Positions 17,192 to 25,845 of a DNA stretch of 38,177 nt are shown one piece after another; the first letter of the stretch is position 1; each line of letters starts with the position of its first letter. Source of the stretch: an uncultured delta proteobacterium (GTDB lineage Bacteria > Myxococcota_A > Polyangia > Palsa-1104); assembly GCA_963785725.1 (NCBI GenBank), contig CAWAWS010000023.1, positions 1 through 38,177 on the forward strand, written 5' to 3'. Made by a program: the position numbers and the translations under genes. Below the pieces are notes generated by a model, which was given only the letters and a program-made list of their open reading frames with translations, had not been told where the DNA came from and ran no database searches.

Positions 17192-18617
17192 GTGGGCCAG
17201 ATACGCACGCTCGTCATGACAGCGACCTTGTCGCTCGCGACCGCGACCGCTTGGGCGGACGGGCGCAACTTCGACATCGAACACTTGCAGCTCGCCACCG
17301 GCGGCGGCGACTTCCTCGCCACCGAAGGCGCCGGCGTCGTCAGGCCGTGGGAATGGCGCATCGGCATCGCCTACCGCAGCTCCGACTCGCCGCTCGTCGT
17401 CGATGACGGCGCGACCTCGACCAAGCTGATCGCCTCGCGCTCGCTGCTCGACCTCGACGGCTCGGTGGAGCTCGGCCGCTGGTTTGGCATCGGCGCCGAC
17501 CTGCCGGTCGCCATCGACGGCTCGGGCGGCGTGGTGCAGCAGGGCGCGGCGCTCGGCGATTTGCGACTGATTCCCCGCTTCGATCTCTTGCGCGGCGAGC
17601 ACCTCGGCTTGGCGGCGCTGCTCGGCTTGCGCCTGCCCACCGGCGATACGACGCGCTTCCTCGGCGAAGGCATGGTCGTGTTCGAGCCGCGCGTCGCGGC
17701 GCAGCTGACGTTCGGGAAATTGCGCCTCGGCCTCAACCTCGGCGTGCGCATTCGCGAAGCGCGCGAATATCTCGGCCTGCATGTCGGCGACGAGAATCTT
17801 CGCGTCGCTCGCCCTCGCCGTCGTGCCGACCCATTGGCTCGACCTCTTCGCGGAGCTCCACGGCGATACGGCGCTGTCGTCGGCGTTCGGCACGACGCAG
17901 ATGTCGCCGGTCGAAGCGCTCGTCGGCGCGGCCGGCACGTATCACGGTATTCGTCTCGGCGCCGCCCTCGGCGTCGGCCTCGTGCAGGGTTACGGCGAGT
18001 CGAGCCTGCGCGCGCTGTTGACGTTGGAATATCGCCGTCCGGCGCCCAAAGTGATCGAGGCCGCGCCCAGCTACGTCGCGCAGCGGCCGCATGTGCCGCC
18101 GGCGCCGCCGGCCGCCGCGCCCAAGCCGGCGCCCGCGCCCGCGCCGGTCGAGGAAGAAGAAGCCGACGAGGAAGTGGCGGACGTGGAGACGCCGACCGAG
18201 GAGCCGCACGTGAGCCTCGCGCCCGGTCGCATCGAGCTGGCGCAGCCGATCTTCTTCGAGCTCAACAAGCGCCGCATTCGCTCCACCTTTCACGACGAGC
18301 TGCGCGAGCTGGCGCGCGTGCTGCGGCGCCGGCCGGAGATGAAGCTGGTCATGATCGAAGGCCACGCCGATCAGACCGGTCCCAAGCCGTTCAACCTCGA
18401 GCTGTCGCGTGAGCGGGCGAGGTTCGTGGCCCGTTTCCTGGTCGAGCAGGGCGTCGAAGCGTCGCGCCTGGCGCCGGTCGGGTTCGGCGAGGCGCGGCCG
18501 CTGGTGCCGACGCCGCACGGGGTGCCCAACGAGAAGAACCGCCGCGTCCATTTTTATACCGAAGTCATGCAGCCCGTGGGCGCCGCGCCGGTGGCCACTC
18601 GCACGGAGATCAAGTAA
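17192..18617 (+). CDS. Outer-membrane beta-barrel + OmpA C-terminal domain protein (TraB-like); +1 frameshift at 17795/17796
   Basis: Signal peptide and barrel strands (GDLRLIPRF, LRLPTGD) in frame 17138. The rest, including IEGHAD, LSRERA, GFGEARP and NRRV, is in frame 17781. Deleting one A gives HVGDEIFASL. Confidence 0.88.
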
Positions 18618-19417
18618 TGAGGATCGCTGTCATCATTGGCTTTGTCGCGCTGTCGTCGTCCGCGGCCTGGGCGACCACCGGAACGTGCGCGAGCGCGCCC
18701 GACGGCACGCCTTGCGTCGACGAGTGCATCGACTCCGGCCACTGCGGCGGCGGCGTCTGCCTCGCCGATCACGTGGCCGCCGATGGCACCGCCTGCAGCA
18801 CCGGCAACTTCTGCACGCTCGGCGACACCTGCCAGGCGGGCGCCTGCATCGCCGGCACGACGCAGCGCGTGTGTCCGAGCGCGCCCGACGGCTGCCACGT
18901 CTCGGCGTGCAGCCCGACGGTCGGCTGCACGCTGACGCTCATTTGCTTGGACGCGGGCGCGCCGCCCGACCTCGAGCCCGCGCCGGTCAATCTGTCGCCG
19001 GCCAGCAACGACCTCGCGCTCGTCTCGACTGCGGATTTGGCGACGGCGCCGAGCGATCTATCGACGACGCCGCCGCCGGTCGACGGCGCGGTCACGCCGC
19101 CGCCGGTCACGACGTCGCCGTCGCCCGACATGGCGCAATCGCCGGTCGCGGCCGGCGACATGGGCGTGCCCGATGGCGGCGAACCGACGGGCCCGACCGC
19201 GCCGGTCGGCTCGCCCGACATGAGCCTCGTCACCGGCGTGCCGGGAGACGCGAAGTCGCCCTACGTGCACGGCTCGGCCATCGGCTGCGCCGTCGCGGGC
19301 CCGGGCGGCGCGACCGACGCGGCGCTCGTGGCCGTGCTGCTCTTTACGCTGCTGGCGCCGCTCCGTCGTCGTCGCGCCAAGCTCCGTCACGCCCACCTGC
19401 ACCGTCGCCGTTACTAA
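18617..19417 (+). CDS. Cys-rich surface protein with Pro/Thr stalk and MYXO-CTERM-like sorting signal
   Basis: Signal peptide; DGTPC/DGTAC..CT..DTC..GAC repeats; GCAV-spacer-hydrophobic-RRRR tail; TAATG overlap with the upstream gene. Confidence 0.85.
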   Translation: MRIAVIIGFVALSSSAAWATTGTCASAPDGTPCVDECIDSGHCGGGVCLADHVAADGTACSTGNFCTLGDTCQAGACIAGTTQRVCPSAPDGCHVSACSPTVGCTLTLICLDAGAPPDLEPAPVNLSPASNDLALVSTADLATAPSDLSTTPPPVDGAVTPPPVTTSPSPDMAQSPVAAGDMGVPDGGEPTGPTAPVGSPDMSLVTGVPGDAKSPYVHGSAIGCAVAGPGGATDAALVAVLLFTLLAPLRRRRAKLRHAHLHRRRY

Positions 19418-19669
19418 TTTCCCTTCAGGAGCAGCGCCAAGACGCACCAGGCGGCGGGCGCGAACAACCGCACGCCCAGGCATAAGCCGACGAAGCTGGC
19501 GACGCGACCGACGGGATCGCGCACGGCGCCGCGGGCGCGGCCGAGCCGGCGCTCGAGCGCGAGGGTGCCGCTGCCACCGACGAGGCCGGCGAACGCGGCC
19601 AGCGCGAACGCGCCCGTCGACTGCGCCGCGACGACGAGACCGACGAACGCGAACGTGAAGGCGCTTCAA
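19414..19669 (-). pseudogene. Small membrane-protein frame without an in-frame start (83 codons, 19665-19414)
   Basis: Translates to SAFTFAFVGLVVAAQ...AAWCVLALLLKGN* with genome-like GC3. TTG at 19669 is out of frame by one base. Confidence 0.35.
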
Positions 19670-19748
19670 TGTGCGAATCGTCGGCGCGCGGCGGTGAGAA
19701 CGGTCTTCGACTGCTTCGCAGGCGGGACAGGGCGCGGTCGCGGGAAGC

Positions 19749-21005
19749 TCAGTGCGGCAGGCGCAGCGCGATGAGCGCGTCGATGTCGGCGCGCGTGATC
19801 GTCGCCGGCAAGTTGGGCAGCACGGCGGCGGCCGACGCCGGAATATTGCCCGGATGAATCATGCCCAACTGCACCGTGCGCGTGTCGACATCGAGCAGCA
19901 TGACGAAATAGCGATAGCCGGTCTCGGGGCGGCGAAATGCCGCACCCGGGCCTTTCGTCGGATTGGCGACAGCGCCGGCCGCGGCCTCGGTGCTCGTCGA
20001 TTTGTCGATGAGATCGACGGCGGGGCCGAGCGCGCTCACGTTGCAGGCCGGCCCGCACGGACCTTCGCCGACATAACCGGCATAGCCGATCATATTGGTG
20101 CTGAAGACATCGAGGTTCTTATACGAGTCGTTATCATTGACGACTTCGAAGACATTGAACTGTCCGCAGCCGTCGGCGAGATACGACTTGGTGGGATCCT
20201 TGGCGTAGCATTGGCAACTGACGAACGAGCCGGCGCGCACCAGCTCGCCGACGCTGAGGCCGATCCACGGCGCGTCGTACCAATTGCCGGTAGTCGTCGT
20301 CGAGCACGGGCTGCCGACTTGATCGGCGTGCGCCATCTCGGCCAACACGATCATGAGCTTCGAGCCCGACCAGCCGTAATATTGCGCGGTGCCGCTCGTC
20401 GGGCAGTAGGGCGTGCTGCCGCTTCCGCAACCAAATGGTTTACTCGTCGAGACGTTCACCAAGCACTCGGTGCCGACGGTGCCGGCGAAGCCTTTGGTCT
20501 CGGTATCGTTGCCGTCGAACGCCATGCCCTGCGGACTTTGCGGCGTGCGATCGTCCCATTCCGAGACGAGCTGCCATTGGCTCGGATCGCTGCCCGGTTG
20601 ATACGTGACCAATTGTTTGACGACCATAGGGCCGCGCAACGTCATGATCAAATCTTCGTCCCAAGGCGTCAATTGATTGCTGGTGATGTTGTATTGCGTC
20701 AGGCAGCAGTCGCTGGTGTTCTCGGCGTCGCACGGGCCGACGGCGGGGTCGCGGCGGCTGGGAAACCAGCCGGCGGCGCCGATGTCTTGGAACGTGATCG
20801 TGCCGCCGTTGGAAGGCGAATCGGTGAGCCCGCCGTCGAGCGACGCGGCGCCGCCGCCGTCGATGGGCGGGATGACGTTGCCGCCGCCGCCGCCCGCGCT
20901 CGTGCCGCCGCCGCTTCCGCCTTTGGTCGTGCTCTTGTGACTGCAAGCGGCACTAAGCCATACGAGACATAAGCTCGATTGCAACAGCAGCTTCGATTGA
21001 CGCAT
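19749..21005 (-). CDS. Lipoprotein of the fungal Tos1/YJL171C (DUF2403/DUF2401) family
   Basis: Lipobox LSAAC; ITFQDIG, PWDEDLIMTLRGPMVVKQLVTY, GWSGSK, YDAP and SCQC..GCGQFNVFEV match the Tos1 motif order as I recall it. Confidence 0.75.
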   Translation of the reverse strand: MRQSKLLLQSSLCLVWLSAACSHKSTTKGGSGGGTSAGGGGGNVIPPIDGGGAASLDGGLTDSPSNGGTITFQDIGAAGWFPSRRDPAVGPCDAENTSDCCLTQYNITSNQLTPWDEDLIMTLRGPMVVKQLVTYQPGSDPSQWQLVSEWDDRTPQSPQGMAFDGNDTETKGFAGTVGTECLVNVSTSKPFGCGSGSTPYCPTSGTAQYYGWSGSKLMIVLAEMAHADQVGSPCSTTTTGNWYDAPWIGLSVGELVRAGSFVSCQCYAKDPTKSYLADGCGQFNVFEVVNDNDSYKNLDVFSTNMIGYAGYVGEGPCGPACNVSALGPAVDLIDKSTSTEAAAGAVANPTKGPGAAFRRPETGYRYFVMLLDVDTRTVQLGMIHPGNIPASAAAVLPNLPATITRADIDALIALRLPH

Positions 21006-21017
21006 GCACACCATTGG

Positions 21018-22094
21018 TCAGAACCCGATGGCGACGAGCATGTATTGCGGATTGGAATGCGAGATGTAGCTCGAATAGCCGCCGACGTCGTCATAAGGGA
21101 AGCCGTAGGCTTTGCCATTGAGCGCGCGCTCGTGCCAGAAGCGGGCGTAATAGTCCGCCGGCGCCGCGGTATAGAACGTCGTCGGGTCGCTCCATAACGT
21201 TTGATTCATCAGCTTGCCGGCGGCCGTAAAGCTGCCGGCGACGCCGCCGACATGACGATAAATGGCGGCCGATAGATCGGGGTAATCGGTCAGTCCGCTG
21301 CCGTTGGGGCCCGGCTTGGCGATGGTGATTCCGTTGTTGGTCCAGATCTGATCGACATAAGAGTCGTAATAAGTGGCATAGGTGCCGCCGGCGTCGAAGC
21401 CGCCCGCGCCGCCGGTGTTGATGATGCGATAGGGCGCCTGCATCTGCGCCAGCGGCTTGAACTCCGCGGGCACGTCGGCGACGAAGGCCGCGAAGGTCGC
21501 CGTGCGATCTTCGAGGAACGTCGCGTAATTCTCGCCGACCGCGACGTCGTAACCGTCGGAGCAGTGCAGGTTCATGGCGATCTTGAGGCCCCACGCGTCG
21601 ACGCGCGTCGTATTGCCGTTGTATTGCGCCGGTCCGATGGTGTGCTCGATGAAGTCGAAGTATTTGCTCTGCGTCGGATCGCTGGCGCAGGTCGTATCGG
21701 TGGCGCCGCAAATGTAGAAGTACATGCGACCGGAGCTGTTGGCCGGCATGTCGTAAGTGGGCTGCGCGGCGATCGAGTGTGTCTCATTGATGGTACCGCT
21801 CTTGAAGCTCCAATAGACTTCCGAGTCCTGATACACGCCATTGGTGCGATTGAGGAACTTGAACATCATGACGTTCTGGGCCGGGGGAATGCCGCTCGGA
21901 TCCCAGAAGCCGGGCGGCGGCCCGCCGTCGTAAGGCGCGGCGCCGAGCGCCAAATCCGCAGGCGTGGCGCTGCCGTCGTGGTTGGCGCTGCCGTCGTTGT
22001 TGCCGCTCGTGGAGTGACTGCTCTTGGAGCAGCCGGCGATGCCGACGACCGATGAAGCCGCTAACGCGAGAACGATAGGCAAAGAATTTCTCAT
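21018..22094 (-). CDS. GH64 beta-1,3-glucanase lipoprotein
   Basis: Lipobox IAGC; SGRMYF, DFIEHT, NTTRVD, YYARFWH and AYGFPYDD. Confidence 0.9.
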   Translation of the reverse strand: MRNSLPIVLALAASSVVGIAGCSKSSHSTSGNNDGSANHDGSATPADLALGAAPYDGGPPPGFWDPSGIPPAQNVMMFKFLNRTNGVYQDSEVYWSFKSGTINETHSIAAQPTYDMPANSSGRMYFYICGATDTTCASDPTQSKYFDFIEHTIGPAQYNGNTTRVDAWGLKIAMNLHCSDGYDVAVGENYATFLEDRTATFAAFVADVPAEFKPLAQMQAPYRIINTGGAGGFDAGGTYATYYDSYVDQIWTNNGITIAKPGPNGSGLTDYPDLSAAIYRHVGGVAGSFTAAGKLMNQTLWSDPTTFYTAAPADYYARFWHERALNGKAYGFPYDDVGGYSSYISHSNPQYMLVAIGF

Positions 22095-22259
22095 CGTACG
22101 GTGATTTTCGTCTCACGATGGAATCCCGCGCAAGGCTAAACATGGCCGTACTTATGTGGATTGTGCCTTCATGGACGATATGGACTTACAGTCGTGTCGA
22201 TTAGCGGATGTGCACTGAGCGCTACAGTCGCGCGGTCATAAAGATGCGAAAGTCGCGGT

Positions 22260-23207
22260 ATGCGCCGCCAACGCGTTCGCTGTCGTGAGCTCTGCTTGGT
22301 GATGGCCGCGGCTGCCACCTTCGGCTGCAGCTCGAAGAAGTCGGGCGATTCCGGCGGCCCGGACGCGTCGGCGTCGCTCGACGGCGGCGATGGCGGCGGC
22401 GGCGGCACCGGCAGCGACAATGGCGACGGCTCGGCGCCGCTCGCGTCGTGTAAGCGCGGCGCCGGCTACACCAACGAGAACGCGCTCGATTTGCCGTCGT
22501 TCCGCCAAGGAATCGGCTGGTGGTACGACTGGGGCAACGCGCCCGATCCGACCGTGGCCGCGGCGCTGATCGGTGGCGGTGTCGAATACGTCCCGATGGT
22601 GTGGACCGGACCGCCCGACGGCACGCTCGACGTCGCAGCGATCGAAAAGAGCATCCCCGAAGGCGCGCGTTTCTTGTTGGGTTTCAATGAGCCCAACTTC
22701 GGTCAACAGGCGAATCTGACGCCGGCGCAAGCGGCCGCCGATTGGCCGATGCTGGAGCAGATCGCCAAAGACCGGAACTTGAAGCTGGTCTCGCCGGCGC
22801 TCAATTATTGCGGCGGTAACTGTAACGAGACCGATCCGTTCGTGTGGATGGATATGTTCTTCGCCGCCTGCACCAACTGTCAGGTCGATTATGTCGCCTT
22901 TCATTGGTACTCGTGCTCCGGCGGCGCGTTGACGTCGTTGTTGTCGAAGTTCGAAGCCTATGGCCGTCCGGTCTGGCTCACCGAGTTCTCTTGCTTGGAC
23001 GGCAGCGCCGATGAATCGGCGGCCGGACAAGATACCTATATGAAGACGGCGATTCCGATTCTCGAAGCCGATCCCAAAGTGTTCCGCTATTCGTGGTTCA
23101 TTGCGCGCTCGACGAATCCGTCCGCTTACGACTTGTTCGGCGATCCCGGTAAGCTCACGCCGCTCGGTCAGACTTACGTCAGCTTGCCCGGCGCCTGCAC
23201 CTTCTGA
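22260..23207 (+). CDS. GH128 (Glyco_hydro_cc) beta-1,3-glucanase lipoprotein
   Basis: Lipobox TFGC; WWYDW, EYVPMVW, LGFNEPN, HWY, PVWLTEF and RYSWF. Confidence 0.9.
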   Translation: MRRQRVRCRELCLVMAAAATFGCSSKKSGDSGGPDASASLDGGDGGGGGTGSDNGDGSAPLASCKRGAGYTNENALDLPSFRQGIGWWYDWGNAPDPTVAAALIGGGVEYVPMVWTGPPDGTLDVAAIEKSIPEGARFLLGFNEPNFGQQANLTPAQAAADWPMLEQIAKDRNLKLVSPALNYCGGNCNETDPFVWMDMFFAACTNCQVDYVAFHWYSCSGGALTSLLSKFEAYGRPVWLTEFSCLDGSADESAAGQDTYMKTAIPILEADPKVFRYSWFIARSTNPSAYDLFGDPGKLTPLGQTYVSLPGACTF

Positions 23208-23444
23208 CCGCGCGGTCGTCGTAAGCGCAGGGGCTCGCTCGTCGACTCGGTTTTCCGCGACCGGAGCACGCGGGTGACTGAAATCGTCTGTCGCGTTTAG
23301 GTACAGCTTGTCTTCAAGCTCGGTCGCAGCTGACACGGCTGCACGGCGATCGCGCCGACGAAGCGCGCCGCGATCGCGCGAAAAACGAGCGCAATCGCAA
23401 GATCGCGCGCCATTGGCCGCGGCCCTGCGTTCGTCACAATTCGC

Positions 23445-23460
23445 TGGCACGCGTGATGAA
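23445..23460 (+). promoter_or_regulatory. Possible sigma-54 promoter TGGCACGCGTGATGAA
   Basis: Perfect -24 TGGCACG with a non-canonical -12 (GA), upstream of the GGAGG SD of 23484. Confidence 0.4.
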
Positions 23461-23483
23461 CCACGCGACGCTGGAGGTGTCGC

Positions 23484-24047
23484 ATGCGCTTAGAACGCTT
23501 TTCGTTGGCTTTGTTATCGGCGCTCGGTTTTGCCGGCGTGAGCGGCTTGTACCAAGGGCGCGCGGCGGCGCAATCGACGACGTCGACGACGCTCGGCAGC
23601 ACGAGCGGCAGCAGCGTCGGCACCGGCGTCATCGGCTCGGCGCTCGACACGACCACGTCGTCGCTCGGCGCTGCCAGCCCGACGCCGAGCGGCGGCGTGT
23701 CCAGCGTTGACGCGGCGTCGACGAACGCGACGAGCTCGACGAGCTCGACCAGCGCGACGCCGAGCAGCAACTTGGCGTCGACGACGCTGCCGATCAACTC
23801 CGGAATCGCCGGCGTGTCGTCGGTCAACGTCGCGCCGACGACGAGCCTGACCTACACGCCGCTGGCCGCCACGCAGGCGCCGCCGGTGGTGTCGAACCCG
23901 ACGTTGACGTCGCCGCTCTTGCAGCCGACGACCGCCGGCGGCAGCAGCGTGAGCGCGACCGGCAACGGCGGCAGCAACGGCGGTGGCAGCGTCGGCGGCG
24001 GCAGCGGCGGGCCGTCGAGCGTCACGGCGCCGTGGGAATCGCCGTAG
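23484..24047 (+). CDS. Secreted Ser/Thr/Gly-rich low-complexity protein
   Basis: GGAGGTG SD, signal peptide ending AAA-Q, mucin-like composition. Confidence 0.75.
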   Translation: MRLERFSLALLSALGFAGVSGLYQGRAAAQSTTSTTLGSTSGSSVGTGVIGSALDTTTSSLGAASPTPSGGVSSVDAASTNATSSTSSTSATPSSNLASTTLPINSGIAGVSSVNVAPTTSLTYTPLAATQAPPVVSNPTLTSPLLQPTTAGGSSVSATGNGGSNGGGSVGGGSGGPSSVTAPWESP

Positions 24048-24068
24048 CCCAGCGGGACGACGTGAGCT

Positions 24069-24812
24069 TCAGTGCTTCTTGGCGTCGAGCAGCGCGTGAC
24101 CTGCCGCCGTCGTCTCGGCGAAGAACGCCGGCCCCGCCAGCAGCGTCAGCGTGCGCACCGACGGCGCCGGCGCCGCCGAATGTTCGTGCAGCCAGCGCTC
24201 GCTCGCCAGCGCGTCGAGCGCGCCTTGCACGACCGCGTCGGCGACGGCGGCCGTCGGCGAGCTGACGCCGGCGTCCTTCAGGTCGCTCGCGTGCGCATAC
24301 GACGTCACGCCCAAGCGCAACGCCTCGCGCATCCCGACGCTGCCGACGTTGCGCATGAGCGCCGGCGTGAACGCCTTCTTGTCGCCGAGCCCGATGAGGA
24401 GGACGCGCTCGGCCGGAATCGCGCCTTTGGGCGGCACGATGACCAGCGTCTCCAGCGCGTGTCCGGCGAAGCGCCCGCTCTTCCGCAAGTCGGTGATTAG
24501 CCCCTTCAACGCTTGGTCGAGGTGGAGCATGCCGTTTAGCGCCGCCGGCAACGCGGGCGGGTCGGTGATGTCGCCGGCGACATATTCGAAGACGCACGCC
24601 ACCTGCAGCGGCGTCTTTTGCGTCGACGGGCCTTGCACGGCGACGTCGACGCTCAGCCCGTCGCGCTGGCCGACGTGCGCCACGGTGCCGACGGCCGCCG
24701 GCGCATCGGCGCGCGCCACCGCCAGCGCGCCCACGAACGCGGCCGCGAACGCCAGCCGCACCGCCGCCCGACGACGAAACTGCAAACGCGAAGCTGCGAC
24801 AGGAAAGGTCAT
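24069..24812 (-). CDS. Exported protein with only the M17 aminopeptidase N-terminal domain
   Basis: LDQALKGLITDLRKSGRFAG..ETL and RVLLIGLG; signal peptide ending ARA; no catalytic domain. Confidence 0.8.
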   Translation of the reverse strand: MTFPVAASRLQFRRRAAVRLAFAAAFVGALAVARADAPAAVGTVAHVGQRDGLSVDVAVQGPSTQKTPLQVACVFEYVAGDITDPPALPAALNGMLHLDQALKGLITDLRKSGRFAGHALETLVIVPPKGAIPAERVLLIGLGDKKAFTPALMRNVGSVGMREALRLGVTSYAHASDLKDAGVSSPTAAVADAVVQGALDALASERWLHEHSAAPAPSVRTLTLLAGPAFFAETTAAGHALLDAKKH

Positions 24813-24841
24813 GGCGGCAGTCTACGCCGTTCGCGACCGCG

Positions 24842-25210
24842 CTATTGCATCGAGCCGAGCACGAACGTGTTGCCTTCGGAGTCGGCGAAGATGGCGGACG
24901 TGCCCCACGGCTCCTTCTTCGGCAGCTGCGGGAACTGCACGCCGCGCTCCGACAGCTGGCGATACGTCGCTTCCACGTCGTCACAGCCGAACGAGATCGA
25001 CGTGAAGTTGCCGATGCGCGACTCGTGCCCGGGCGGCGTAAACAGCGCGATCCCGGTCTCCGCGCCCGGCAGCCCCAGCTCGATCCAGCGCAGTCCCGGC
25101 CCCATCGGCTGGTCGGTGACGACGACCATCCCCACCTGCTTCGTCCAAAACGCCAGCGCGCGCTCTTGATCCCGCGTCGGAACTCCGACGAACTTGATCC
25201 GCTTCATCAT
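24842..25210 (-). CDS. VOC/glyoxalase family protein
   Basis: DQERALAFW, DDVEATY..L..RGV and PWG..AIFADSEGN; AGGAG SD. Confidence 0.92.
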   Translation of the reverse strand: MMKRIKFVGVPTRDQERALAFWTKQVGMVVVTDQPMGPGLRWIELGLPGAETGIALFTPPGHESRIGNFTSISFGCDDVEATYRQLSERGVQFPQLPKKEPWGTSAIFADSEGNTFVLGSMQ

Positions 25211-25509
25211 GTCGCTCTCCTGTTGGCGTCCAGCCTATCGAACCCACGACGGCGATCGAAGTCACTTTCGCGCGATCGTCAACTGACCGTAACTTGTGGT
25301 TAAACGCGGCGGCGGACAATATTTTGCCGAATCCCCGACGCCGGCCTGCGCCGAGCCGGCGCGTCTGGCCTGCCTGCCGCATTCGCCCAAAACGAAAACG
25401 GGCCTTATCGGCGCTGATCGATATCCCGATAATCGATATCGAGCACACGCGAAATACGATTGATGCGCATTCGATTGAATCGGGTTTCGCGAGTCGTCAT
25501 GATGCGCGG

Positions 25510-25797
25510 ATGCGTGACATGCGTAAGGGGTTTTGCGCGCTCTGCGGCCACAACGAGATCATCGAAGCCTCGACGGCCGATTTCGTCGGCGACAGCGGAC
25601 CGACGCGGCCGATGTCCGTCACCTACGAGATCGGCTGGGGCGGCGTCAAGCACATGGGGCTCTTCAAGACCTGCGTCTGCCGCAGCTGCGGGTTCACGCA
25701 GTGGTTCGCGCTCGAGCCGGCGCAGATTCCGATTGGACCCGATCATGCCACCAAGCTCGTCAAAGGCGTCGCGGAGACGCAAGGTCCTTATCGATAA
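25510..25797 (+). CDS. Small zinc-ribbon protein ending in GPYR (paralog B)
   Basis: CALCGHNEII, CRSCGFTQWFA, IPIGP and GPYR*. Confidence 0.8.
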   Translation: MRDMRKGFCALCGHNEIIEASTADFVGDSGPTRPMSVTYEIGWGGVKHMGLFKTCVCRSCGFTQWFALEPAQIPIGPDHATKLVKGVAETQGPYR

Positions 25798-25845
25798 CGG
25801 CGCATTGCACCTGTCATTCGACGAATCGGCGCTCAATACTAAGAG

